The notes under the pieces were generated by a model that saw only the letters and a list, made by a program, of their open reading frames with translations, was not told where the DNA came from and searched no databases. The position numbers and the translations under genes were made by a program. A stretch of 60,032 nt of DNA, filler included, from Squatina squatina (lineage: Eukaryota), in assembly GCA_031763465.1 (NCBI GenBank). It is 3 parts of 3 records of this genome, joined end to end, with 100 filler letters (N's around TTAATTAATTAA, not from the genome) between each part and the next. Parts side by side here need not be neighbours in the genome. Positions count along the whole stretch, not along the records: positions 44,284 to 60,032 come from JARFOE010000001.1; 2 more parts are not named here. One strand, written 5' to 3'. Of this stretch, positions 49,034 to 60,032 are shown in pieces. Each line of letters starts with the position of its first letter. The first letter of the stretch is position 1.

Positions 49034-49505
49034 AATATGGTTTCCAGTTTTCGTGTATCAGAACTTCAAGTGCTATTAGGTTTTGCCGGTCGTAACAAAA
49101 GCGGTCGCAAACATGAACTCCTTGTAAGAGCACTACACTTGTTGAAGAGTGGCTGTAGTCCAGCTGTTCAGATCAAGATTAAGGAACTGTACAGACGCCG
49201 TTTTCCTAGAACTATTGAAAGCCTTGCTGACTTGTCAGCCATAAAGTCTTCTGTTTTCTCTTTGGACAATAACCTCCCAGCTGACTCTGAGTTAGCCTCA
49301 GGCATTGCGCAGTCTTCGGCATCCACATCGGCCACACCTCAACCGTCATCTCCACTGGTTAGCCCTGTGTTACTGCATGAAACTAAACCGAATATAGAAA
49401 TGCAAGAGGCTTCACCCTCCATCCATCCTGTCCATCCAGATGTCCAGCTGAAAAGCATACCCTTTTATGATGTGTTGGACGTGCTTATTAAACCTACAAG
49501 TCTAG
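49034..49505 (+). CDS. PIAS2: E3 SUMO ligase PIAS2, exon 2 (SAP domain to start of PINIT)
   Basis: tttcag|AAT ATG..CTA G|gtgag; NMVSSFRVSELQVLLGFAGRNKSGRK..KSGCSPAVQIKI..PVHPDVQLK..FYDVLDVLIKPTSL. Confidence 0.97.
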
Positions 49506-49911
49506 GTGAGTTTTAATATTCAAACATTACAGTAACAGAGTAAAGGAATATTTTAGCCAGACCCAAAAAAAAAAGTATCTCCTTTAAGCTTTTCTTTCCT
49601 AAAGGCAGCTCCACAGGTGGTGAAACTTCGAAAAACTTGCTCATGTGATGGTGGACTTTAAGTGTTAGTAGGTTATTTGTCTATGACCGTCATAGCTGAG
49701 ATGTTTACCTGATTTGCACTTGTTCAGTTTAACAGGCACAATCTATATAGTTTGATTTTGCAGGTAACAGAAGCCACATCAACATCTTAATTGGGGATTN
49801 NNNNNNNNNNNNNNNNNNNNNNNNNNNNNNNNNNNNNNNNNNNNNNNNNNNNNNNNNNNNNNNNNNNNNNNNNNNNNNNNNNNNNNNNNNNNNNNNNNNA
49901 TTTGGTTCCAG

Positions 49912-50002
49912 GTTTTGCCTCGCAGAGACGAGCTGTCCCCAGGAAGACAATTATCCTAATAATTTGTGTATAAAAGTAAATGGAAAACTTTATCCATTGC
50001 CG
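49912..50002 (+). CDS. PIAS2: PIAS2 PINIT-domain exon
   Basis: ccag|..|gtaag, 91 nt: (R)FCLAETSCPQEDNYPNNLCIKVNGKLYPLP. Confidence 0.95.
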
Positions 50003-52004
50003 GTAAGTTTAAAACTAATTACAAAAAAATGTGTATTTTTGCGGGGTAGAAGTGGTGAATGAATGCTGTGCTGATTATGAGAGCTGTTGGTGCTGGAAGA
50101 ATGGAATGTTTTTCGACTCAGGCACCTACAATCTACCATTGTGCACTCCCAGGTAAGGTAAAGAATGAGATAAACGCAAGGTAAAGCTTTGTGCTGAGAG
50201 TGCTTAAAATTTTAGACCATTAATCTGGGCTATTTTCAGACCTACAGCAACATTTTAAGTTTATAATGAAACAGTGGTTTAAGGTTTTAAACAGAATTGC
50301 TTGTAGGGAAACCGTGGTAGAAACAGAATGTGTAATGAAAGGGAAATGGATAAATATTTAAGAGAATAATTTAAAAGCGTATGGGGAAAGGGCAGGGAAA
50401 TGTACTTCACAATGGACCAAATGACCACCTTCTGTGATGTAGAAGTCTATAATTCTGTGCAAAGAAATAAAGCATTACAAGCTGGCAACACATTGAATAA
50501 GTACATCACATCAGTGTCCAGCCATTTTCATCAGGGTCACTGGTTAGCTGTCAGAGTGAGAACCCTGCCCAGGGCACTGCAACCTCAGCTGAGTACAGCT
50601 AACCTAGCACAGCNNNNNNNNNNNNNNNNNNNNNNNNNNNNNNNNNNNNNNNNNNNNNNNNNNNNNNNNNNNNNNNNNNNNNNNNNNNNNNNNNNNNNNN
50701 NNNNNNNNNNNNNGGACGGAGTGGTACTGTTTTAACTTTTTAAATTGTAGAACTGGGTTATTATTCTTACCTTCCAAAGTATGATTGTACATATAGCCAA
50801 TATGAAAATCCCCAAGAACAAACTGATTGCAGTAATTAATACTGCTACTTTATTTTTTGGTTTTGGAATACCAAGAACCTTGTTGACCTGCAGCATTCAC
50901 AGAGACTTGCCCAGTGCAGCACTTCCTTGGATGAGTATGGGAACAAGAATGGACGGCGGGAACTAAGAGTTTGAATCTGAAGTCTTGTCTGAAATACCTG
51001 GCCAAAGTGGGTTTCAGGTATTGTGGAAGCAGAAGAAAATTGTAATGTGTTCTGTTGCGGTTAATGTAGTGTAGTTCCATTTACGGCCACCAATGAAATT
51101 CACAGTAAGTTTTTATTCTCCTGACAGTTGACTCTGGATATCCACGCCCCTCCTCAAAAATATGCTTTGTCTCTGTAACAGTTCAAATAATTGGTGCTTT
51201 ATTGTGAAGAATATTATAGCCTCAGCCACTGTCGAAGAACAACATCCTTTCATATTTACTGAGGTTAAATGCTGTAATCCTGTCTCAAATGCAATAACTG
51301 AGCCACAGGTTAACATCTTTAGGATAAGATATTGTAATAATCAGTTCTGAGATTTAACTCTCTTTATTGATGATTAAATTACATGTAAGCTTGTACAGTG
51401 TTTCCAGGATGGCAAAAAAAAAATCATTTTTCTTTTAACGGTTTCCATTCCTTTTTTAAAATTTAAATGTGCAGTTTTCTGATCTTTGAAAAATGATATA
51501 ACATCACTCAAAATTGCACGGCAAACATAAATAATTATCAGACATTCTTTCCGGAAGTAGTAGGAACACAGAACTTTTCACTGACAGTATATCGGCAACC
51601 TGAGGCTGACAATTTATGCTAGTATTACCTGAATCTTAATTGTGAACCAATAGTCATTTTGATCAGCAGTGGTAAGATTTGGAAACCGATACCAGTGATT
51701 GTTATTGTTTGCNNNNNNNNNNTTGGCAAGCAAGCACATTTAAAAGGGATTGGTTACTGCCATAAGTTGAGTTTGAGTTTTCCAATCAATGTTTGCTTTG
51801 AAAAAGGTCTTTGACTACAGGACAATGTTTTTTATTTTGTAGTATCACAGCCCTTTAATCCAATTTTTTTCCCCAATTCTATTTCTGAACTTTTTGCAGT
51901 TGGCTAAGGCTAAGAGGATGCCAGCTGACAACATATGAGTGTGTACGAGGACTGACTGTTTGACTTTTGTACCTTCTCCTATTCTTTATCTAATTACCTC
52001 TGTT

Positions 52005-52149
52005 GCGCTCATCCATTTTAGAAACACAGATGTGCTGGTAACCCGCTCCCCTGCCTCTCCACCCTCGACTGCAACAAGTGTGAGGAGCTATTGAACTTCT
52101 TTATCACTAAGATTATGACCATCTGTTCAGCCGCATCCCTCCCTTCTCT
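52005..52149 (+). mobile_element. L2 LINE ORF2 fragment
   Basis: ..STLDCNKCEELLNFFITKIMTI.. typical of L2 ORF2. Confidence 0.55.
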
Positions 52150-52249
52150 NNNNNNNNNNNNNNNNNNNNNNNNNNNNNNNNNNNNNNNNNNNNNNNNNNN
52201 NNNNNNNNNNNNNNNNNNNNNNNNNNNNNNNNNNNNNNNNNNNNNNNNN

Positions 52250-54572
52250 CTATAAATAATCATTGAATAAAGACTTTAACTAATTAAATAAATAAAATAA
52301 GGCTAGACTAAGATATGGCAGAGCAGATTGTGTATCTGGACTGCTGTATGTGGGACTTTGTGAACAGCGAGACAGGCCCGAGCAAACACGTCTGCAGGGG
52401 GTGTCTCCATCTCGAATCTCTCCGTCCCAGAGTCACTGAGCTGAAGTGTGAGTTGGAGACACTCTGACGCATAAGGGAGGGGAGGAATTTCTGGAAGGTC
52501 TTATCCAGAATACAGTCATACCCCAGAGGAAAGCACAGGTTCAGGAAAGGGAGGGTGTGACTGTTAGGCAGCCGCGTAGTGGGTATTTAGGAGAGGTTGA
52601 GAAGGAAGTCCCGCAGATACTGGTCATGTCCAAGAGATACGATGTAGTCGCTACCTTTGAGGACAAGAAAGGCGGCAAAGAGGATATTCACAATGCAGAC
52701 CAAGGCACCGTGGTTCAGAAGGCTGTCCAACAGGGTGGGGAGGTGCGGGGGGTTGGGCGAAGAGCAGAATAGAAGTGTTGAAGTGATTTGGGAGCTCTAT
52801 AATTAGGGAGATATATAGCGTCCTCTGCAGCCAAGAATGAGAATCCCGAAGGGTATGTTGCCTGCCCGGTGCCAGGGTAAGGAATATCTTACAGCAGCTG
52901 GAGAGGAACTTGAAAATGGAGGGGGTAAATCCAGTTGCCGTGGTTCATGTTGGAACAAATGACATCGGTCAGAACAGGAAGGAGGTTGTGCTGAAACAGT
53001 ACCAGGGGTTAGGTCTAAATTAAAAAGCAGGATCTCGTGGATAATAATCTATGGATTATTGCCCGAGCCACGTGCAAGTTGGTGTAGAAACAGTCAGACC
53101 AGGAGAATTAACACGTGGCTCAAGGGCTGGTGTGGGAAAGAGGGGCTCCTTTTCATGAGACACTGGCACCAGTACTGGAACAGGAAGGAGCTGTCCCAAT
53201 GGGACGTGCTCCACCTGAACTGGGATGGGATCCGGGTCCTCACGGAAAGAGTAAATAGGGAGGTGGCAAAGTCTTTAAACAATAAGATGGGGGAGGGATC
53301 TAGAAGAAACATCGAAACATAGACATAGAAAATAGGAGCAGGAGTAGGCCATTCGACCCTTCGAGCCTGCCCCGCCATTCAATATGATCATGGCTGATCA
53401 TCCAAATTCAGTCCCTGCTTTCTCCCCATATCCCTTGATCCCTTTAGCAATAAGAACGATATCTAACTCATTGTTGAATATATTCAATGATTTGGCCTCA
53501 ACTGCCTTTTGTAGTAGAAACGTAACCAGCCTAAATATAAACAAAAGAGAAAACGGAGAGCACAGGAAAGAAAAAGTACATTGATGGCAAGGGAATAAAT
53601 ACAGATATAGAACAGGAGTCTAAAAAGATGGTTAAACATGGAGTGAAAGGCTATCCTATTAAAAATGAGTTAAACTCCCTGTACAGCAATGTACACAGTG
53701 TCCGTAATAAAACGCGGGAGCTGAGGCAATTATGTGTTGTGAGGAACCAAACACATTAGGGATTACTGAGACATGGCTACAGAAAAATCAGGAATTAAAC
53801 AATGCAGGGCATAACATGTATAGAAAAGATAGAAAGGGAAAAAGGGGAAGTGGAGTTGCTGTACTTATTCGGGTTAATAAAATGACAGTAGATAAAGTGA
53901 TGCAGCTATCAGCAAGACAAAACGAAATCCATATGAATAGAGATAAAAGATAATAAAGGATCATTCACACTGATAGGCGTAGCCTACAGACCAGCTAATA
54001 GTGGAAGGGAGTTGGAGGAAGAAGTATGCAGACAAATTAGGGAAATGAGTAAAAAAAACATAGAATAATCATCATGGGGGATTTCAACTGCCCCGATATT
54101 AATTACACAGAAGAGGTAGGTAAAGGAGATAAAGAAATGGAGTTCCTACAATGTGTACTGCACTCCTTTCTAACCCAATATGTAAAAAGACCAACAAGCA
54201 AGGATTCGCTATTGGATCTAGTAATGGGGAATGAACAGAGCAGATAAGATATGTAAAATAGGGGAACATGTGGGCAATAGTGACCATAATGTTATTCGCT
54301 TTAAGATGATAATTAAGAAGGACATAAGTATGATGAAAACCAGTAATAGATTGGAGAAACGCTGATTTTGAGGGGCTGAGAATGGAACTTGGGAAAATAA
54401 AATGGGCAACAATATTGGCAAAAAAACGATGTAGAACAGCAATGGGAAACATTTCAAACAGTGTTCAACAGAGTGCAGGAACAATATATTCCGCTAAAAG
54501 GAAGGAACAAACTAAACACTAATGAGACTTGGTGGATGAATAAAGCCAGAAGGAAACAATTGAGGGTAAGGA
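52250..54572 (+). mobile_element. 5' half of a decayed CR1 LINE: ORF1 (zinc-finger/zipper + SGNH esterase) and ORF2 endonuclease
   Basis: ATG at 52315: MAEQIVYLDCCMWDF..HVCRGCLHL; VCCLPGARV, VHVGTNDIG; then GITETWL, YRP, MGDFN, SDHNVI. Many stops and frameshifts. Confidence 0.9.
53305..53517 (-). mobile_element. Younger CR1 3' end nested in the 52250 element
   Basis: GAAACAT(A/C)GAAACATAG tail and GGAGTAGGCCATTCG; TAGAA on both flanks. Confidence 0.85.
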
Positions 54573-55222
54573 AAACATAGAAAATAGGAGCAGGAGTAAG
54601 AGCAGGAATAGGCCATTCGGCCCTTCGGGCCTGCTCCACCATTCAATACGATCATGGCAGATCCTCTTTCCCACTTTCTCCCCATATCCCTTGATGCCTT
54701 TAGTATCAAGAAATATATCGATCTCCTTCTTGAATATATTTAATGACTTGACCTCCACGGCCTTCTGTGGCAGAGAAGTTCCACAGGTTCACCACCCTCT
54801 GAGTGAAGAAATTTCTCCTCATCTCAGTCCTAAATGGCCTCCCCCGTATCCTGAGACTGTGACCCCTGGTTCTAAACTCACCAGCCAGGGGAAGCATCCT
54901 CCCTGCATCTCGTCTGTCCAGTCCGGTCAGAACATCAGAAGTTTCAATGAGATCCCCTCTCAATCTTCTAAACTCCAGTGAATACAGGCCTAGTCGACAC
55001 AATCACTCCTCATACGACAGTCCTGCCATCTTAGGAATCAGTCTGGTGAACCTTTGCTGCACTCCCTCCACGGCGAGAATATCCTTCCTCAGATAAAGAG
55101 ATCAAACTGCACACAATACTCCAGTTGTGCTCTCACCAAGGCCCTATATAATTGCAGTAAGACATCCTTGCTCCTGTACTCAAATCCTCTTGCAATGAAG
55201 GCCAACATACCATTTGCCTTCC
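54573..55222 (-). mobile_element. Younger CR1 3' fragment
   Basis: RLGLYSLEFRRLRGDLIET..FRTEMRRNFFTQRVVNLWN plus tail. Confidence 0.92.
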
Positions 55223-55539
55223 NNNNNNNNNNNNNNNNNNNNNNNNNNNNNNNNNNNNNNNNNNNNNNNNNNNNNNNNNNNNNNNNNNNNNNNNNNNNNN
55301 NNNNNNNNNNNNNNNNNNNNNNATTTTGTTTTTATTAACAAAGGACAGCATACATTACGTTATCTCCGTGTATAAGCCCAGTGAGGCTGCCCAGGCAGGT
55401 CACTGACTATAAATAAGAGCAGCTCTTGTTTATCTCACTGTCACATGTCTGCAGTTCCAGCGCTCTCTGTGTAACATCTGCTGCTATACTGCAAGAAGTG
55501 AAGGAGTGAGCGGAATTGAGTTCACATAATGTTCTGAAG

Positions 55540-55821
55540 GACAAGTGCATGATATTTATAGCCACTACTTTTTGACTGTAATTTTGTCGAGGTGGTTATC
55601 ATAGGCGGGGAAGCCAGCTGTGCCAACGAAAAAATTATCCGAGCAGCGGTTTTCAAGATATAGCCTCGGGCACTTTTCGGAGGTCACTCAGCAGGCCTAC
55701 ATTTGGGGGCTCGTAGTTCACAAACCATCATAGTTACGACATCAAACCTACACATTTATATTGAAGAAACTTGCATTGAACCGAGGAACATTTTTTTTTT
55801 ACCATATGCCGAGAGATCCCT
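55540..55821. mobile_element. Kolobok-like DNA transposon end
   Basis: Ends ..GAGAGATCCCT|TTAA (reverse complement TTAA|AGGGAT), the TTAA + RR terminus typical of Kolobok. Left limit unknown. Confidence 0.4.
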
Positions 55822-55825
55822 TTAA

Positions 55826-56860
55826 CCCTCGCACCGACGGGGGTCTGAGCCAACATAGAACCGACGGTGGGGGCGGATAACCGCCCCCCCCTACAGAGAT
55901 CTCGAAAACTACTCAACGTATCGAGAAGCGGAAAACGGCGTTAGGTAGGCCGTGACGAGTACTATAGAAAATATAAAGGTGATTTTCTGATCAGGTCAAT
56001 ATTGAGGTCACCAGAGGTCAAAACAGGTCAAATTTTCCTATATTTCGAGTAAATTGAACATTGCGTCACATAATCCGGGCTAGCTCGGTAACTAAGATAG
56101 CTATAATTAAACGGTAAAAAGCACTGGAAAGCCCTTGAAACGCTCTTTCGCGTCTATGTCCTCAGATTTGAGATCGGGTCAATAGTTGAGGCTCCAGAGG
56201 TCAGGAAAGGTCAAAATGCTAAATTTCGCGGAAAAAGTGTTTTGCTAATAACTTTTTATTTATATAAGCTAGAGCAAAACTTTTGTCACCATCGTGTTTC
56301 TCTCGTCACGGCGCATCGAATGATCTATCGGATGACCTAGCTAGGTCAAATTCGAAAATTTGACCTGACCTGACCTGAGGTCATGTCAAGGTCAAGTCAA
56401 ATTTGATATCACTTGATGACGATCGATAAGAGAAACAGAATGGTGAAAACCCTAGCACTCTACCTCACGTAGAAGACGAGTTATTGTACAAAAACCAAAT
56501 ATGCCCTGGGGCACATTGGATTTGACCTCAAAGAGGTCACGGAAGAAAATTATAATATGCATTCTTCTACATAGCTCCAAAATAGTCATATTGATGAATA
56601 GTTAGCTGTTATAACAATTCCACCAAAATCACACCATGGCCAATTCAAAAGTATGGATTGAAACTCCATGGAAATGTGCCCTTTCTCAACACATGACTAA
56701 AATGATATTCTTGTTTTTTGCTGAATCTATTTTTTCACATTAATTTATGTTCTTTCTATAAATGTTGTAAAAAAACACTTCATGAAAAGCAAACATCACA
56801 AACTCAAACCACCAGCAATTGTGAAGGCTATGTCGTTAGTGTCATTTGTTATAGGTGAAC
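55826..56860. mobile_element. piggyBac-like (TTAA|CCC) CpG-rich element with AGGTCA repeat array
   Basis: TTAA|CCCTCGCACCGACGG, a second ACCGACGG, a GGGGGCGG-ATAA-CCGCCCCC hairpin and 15 AGGTCA/TGACCT hexamers. No matching right end found. Confidence 0.55.
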
Positions 56861-56864
56861 GTGG

Positions 56865-57075
56865 AAAATCATAATATGATTAGGCAGAGTCAACACAGTT
56901 CTATGAAATGGAAATCATGTTAGACAAATCTATTACAGTTTTAAAGAGGGTGTAACTGACAGGGTAGATAAGGGAACCAGTGGATGTAATATATTTGGAT
57001 TTTCAGAAACGATTTGATAAGGTGCCACGCAAGAGGTTGTTACACAAGATTAGTGCTCATGTGATTGGGGGTAAT
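56865..57075 (+). mobile_element. CR1 LINE RT fragment
   Basis: VDVIYLDFQKRFDKVP motif. Confidence 0.9.
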
Positions 57076-57376
57076 NNNNNNNNNNNNNNNNNNNNNNNNN
57101 NNNNNNNNNNNNNNNNNNNNNNNNNNNNNNNNNNNNNNNNNNNNNNNNNNNNNNNNNNNNNNNNNNNNNNNNNNNCAGTATCTTGGAGCGCTCAAACCGC
57201 ATGCAATCGTGCCGCCTCTTGCTCCACCTGTGCTCAGTTTAAGTATTATGCAGAGAAGAAAACCATTCATAATCGCTTTGTCCCTAGACTTCCAACGAAG
57301 TGGCTAGCACTGTTAGAGTTGATGATACAACGGCGTGTGAATCTGTTTTTAAGAATGTGATCTTTATTTGCTGCAG

Positions 57377-57469
57377 ATACTTTGAGTTGCACGAAGGCCC
57401 GTTTGAGTACAACTCCTCAACATGCCGGAAGCTACGAAATGAGATCATGGAGGTGAAGATACTTTCCAT
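57377..57469 (+). CDS. ST8SIA5: Alpha-2,8-sialyltransferase 8E, exon 2
   Basis: tgctgcag|..|gtaagt, 93 nt: (R)YFELHEGPFEYNSSTCRKLRNEIMEVKILS(M); matches ST8SIA5 YFEFYEGPFEYNSTRC..EVKVLSM. Confidence 0.93.
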
Positions 57470-57539
57470 GTAAGTCACTGACTTCAAAGGCAGAGGTTCT
57501 CATGAAAATCGTATTTTAAAAAAGGCATATGATAAAAAT

Positions 57540-58146
57540 GGACAGAGTGACAATATGTAGAAGAAATCTGAGAATTGTGAAAGATACAGGAATGAAGCAA
57601 AAAGAGAGATTAGAAAAGCTGAAAGGAAGTATGAAAGGTGGATCAAAGAAAATTGGGCAGCAGCACAATGGGATCACTTTGAGGAAAAGGGGGCCATCTT
57701 ACACTTGAAAGCGAGGAAATAACAGATATGCTTTATATAATATATATATATAGTATCAGGTTTTTTTAAGAGGAATGTGATAGTGGGTCTGTGGGAATAC
57801 CTGAGGAGCCATTACTCGTGGTAAATATTGAAAAGGACTCTTTAAAATGTTATCTAAATTAAAAATAGAAAAGTCACCAGGTCCAGAATGCATGTATCCT
57901 GAAAATACTGAAGCTGTTGGAAAGTAAATAGCAGAGACACTAAACATAATTTTTCAAACATTTTTGGAAACCAGAATTATGTTAAAGAACAGGAAGGGGT
58001 AAGCCTGTTCCACCATTCAATGACATTATGGCTGACCTGCGACCTAACTCCATATACTCGCCTTTGGCCCATATCTCTTAATACTTTTGGTTAGCAGAAA
58101 GCTATGAATCTCCGATTTAAAAATTAACAATTGACCTATCATCAAT
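57540..58146. mobile_element. Degenerate CR1 fragments (plus-strand ORF2 remnant, then minus-strand 3' end)
   Basis: AKREIRKAERKYE and LKIEKSPGP remnants, then the reverse complement of a CR1 tail. Confidence 0.6.
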
Positions 58147-58419
58147 NNNNNNNNNNNNNNNNNNNNNNNNNNNNNNNNNNNNNNNNNNNNNNNNNNNNNN
58201 NNNNNNNNNNNNNNNNNNNNNNNNNNNNNNNNNNNNNNNNNNNNNNCACATGTATACATATGTGTGTCTGTGTAGATCTATGCATGTAAAGAATAAATGA
58301 GACTTTGATTCCATTCATCTGGGTTGGATTTCAAATGTAGCTTTATACTGTCGTGACAAAAATCCATGCTGCCCAGTCCTTGTTATCTATAATTGGTTTT
58401 TGGGGTTTCCTCTTCATAG

Positions 58420-58532
58420 GAAATGCCATATTCACGCTCCCAGTTTAAGAAATGTGCAGTGGTTGGGAATGGAGGAATCCTGAAGAACAGCAGGTGCGGG
58501 AACGAGATTGACTCTACAGATTTCGTGTTCAG
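58420..58532 (+). CDS. ST8SIA5: ST8SIA5 sialylmotif L exon
   Basis: catag|..|gtatg, 113 nt: [37 protein letters not shown](R). Confidence 0.95.
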
Positions 58533-58989
58533 GTATGACGGAGCAGAGCCCTTCCTTGTGCTACAGTGGAACACACAAATCTTCAGGGAATGCTTTCCAG
58601 AAAATAAATGTCTAAATGTTCATTACATCTATAGAGATATGGGTCCTGAAATTCTGCTGACGTTCTCCTAATCTCTGGCCATAACGTCGGTGGGAGATCG
58701 GAGGAACCCCAGAAGAAACAACGTGAATGGCTGAACATGACAATATGTGTTGTTTTTCTGGGATTTCCATTTGTTTCCCGCTGAAGTTATAACGAGAGAT
58801 CAGGAGAAGCCCCGCAGAATTTCTAGGTCATGGTCACCATATCTGGGAGTTTTTCTAAGTTCTGAAAAGAGATTAAGGAGGTTGGGTTGCCCAGTGAAAG
58901 TTTTCAAGATTAAAGGAAATTGACAAAATTGACCGAAGCAATATGTTGACTGTGGTGAAAGGCTCACACAACTTTTAAAGATTAATTCA

Positions 58990-60032
58990 GGCCACTTGCG
59001 CTTCCTGTTAGTGCCCCTGGGGATGCTAATGGGGGCCAAACCTTTCGCCCATGCACGGCGCCGCTATCGACTCCTGCGAAAATCCGCGGGAGGTTCACAG
59101 CGGCATGAACTGGTAGCACCCCAGGCCGCCGCGCCGGCGATGATGATGTCATCACCATGTGCAGTGACCCGTTTTCACCCCGGAGCAGAAATTCAGGAGC
59201 GCCCCCCCTCCTGAAGCTTTGCTGGGCGATGACAGCAACAGCTTCAGTGGGTGTGTACCGGGCTGCAGGCCACTCGTGGGCTGCTAGTTAAAGGGGAGGT
59301 GGCAAGCACGAAAAATCGGCTGACTTACCAGTCGCATCTTTCAACACGAGGTCCGTGCCACAATCTGGCAGCCCGGCACTCTGCTTGAGTGCTGGGGTGA
59401 TGCCATGGCACTCCGCTCCCGCAGAGTCTGCAGCTCAGCCCGCCACACGGCAGCGCTACGTATGCTGCGCCCGGTGACGATGATTCTCCACTGCAATCCC
59501 TGTCTCCAGCGCCTGCGCCCCTTTCCCCATGCTTCCACTCTGGTCTTCCCCCTAGGTTTCTATCCATCCTGGATATGGCTGCAATCAGAGTCTGCAAGCT
59601 GCTGTTCACAGCAAACATGCACTTTTTTGACTGGTGCATTTGATGCCGTATGTAGATGACCATCCTTTCCATGAAAGAGCACATCTAGCCATTGCCTGCG
59701 ACATCGTGCTGCTCATATTGGAGATGGACTGCTCCAATCTCTGCACCATCGAGCACATCGCAGTTGAGAAAGCTGCCAGAGCCACCTAAATTTTTTGTTG
59801 CTCCTCAAGAATCATCTTTGTCGACAGTCCCCGAGGTTCAGCATCTGCGTCTAGCTGAGCAAAGTTTGGAGCATCTTGGACCCTCCGAGGAGGACTATCC
59901 ACTGCTGCCCCTGTCTCCACCATCTGCCCTTGCTCACTTGTGATCTGTGAGACGAGTGACAACACTAGTCTCTCTCTTACTGGACCCACTGAAATGTGCG
60001 TATCTGCACTGGTGCTGGGTGTGCATGTATCA
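58990..60032. mobile_element. GC-rich Harbinger-like element (same end family as 18719), possibly with a decayed internal ORF on the minus strand
   Basis: GTTAGTGCCCCTGGGGATGCTAATGGGG matches the reverse complement of 18790-18835; minus-strand helical remnant ILEEQQKI*VALAAFSTAMCSMVQRLEQSISNMSS. Confidence 0.5.

Noticed and set aside
49506-49516. Stop codon ending the 159-aa PIAS2 ORF (truncated PIAS2?)
   Set aside because: The ORF simply reads past the G|gtgag donor into the intron.
50714-51712. Possible later PIAS2 exons or 3' UTR
   Set aside because: No PIAS2 peptide found in any frame; UTR identity cannot be shown from sequence alone.

Overview
Vertebrate genomic DNA, almost certainly a shark or other chondrichthyan, judged from HER1/CR1-type LINE 3' ends, SacSINE1-like Deu-domain SINEs, L2 and Penelope fragments. 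It comes from a very fragmented short-read scaffold with dozens of 100-N gaps, three 10-N gaps and two artificial N44-TTAATTAATTAA-N44 linkers that split the window into three blocks. Block 1 (1-12295): exon 1 and promoter of a DUSP4/DUSP1-like MAP kinase phosphatase (minus strand), plus two exons of an unusual cytochrome P450 (CYP26/CYP120-like, possibly the CYP16 family lost in mammals). Block 2 (12396-44183): no recognisable gene, only repeats, CNE-like stretches, a few weak exon candidates and a tandem CTCF pair. Block 3 (44284-60032): exons of KATNAL2 (-), PIAS2 (+) and ST8SIA5 (+) in human 18q21.1 order. The most unusual item is a CpG-rich, invertebrate-looking TTAA-transposon junction at about 55.5-56.9 kb carrying 15 exact AGGTCA/TGACCT half-sites, including perfect DR4 and DR5 arrangements. 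Also notable are a Vingi/Ingi-type LINE end inserted with a TSD into a SINE tail, a decayed Penelope hammerhead ribozyme, and a uORF/CTG arrangement at the DUSP start. All identifications come from manual translation and recalled family motifs; no searches were run, and repeat boundaries are approximate.
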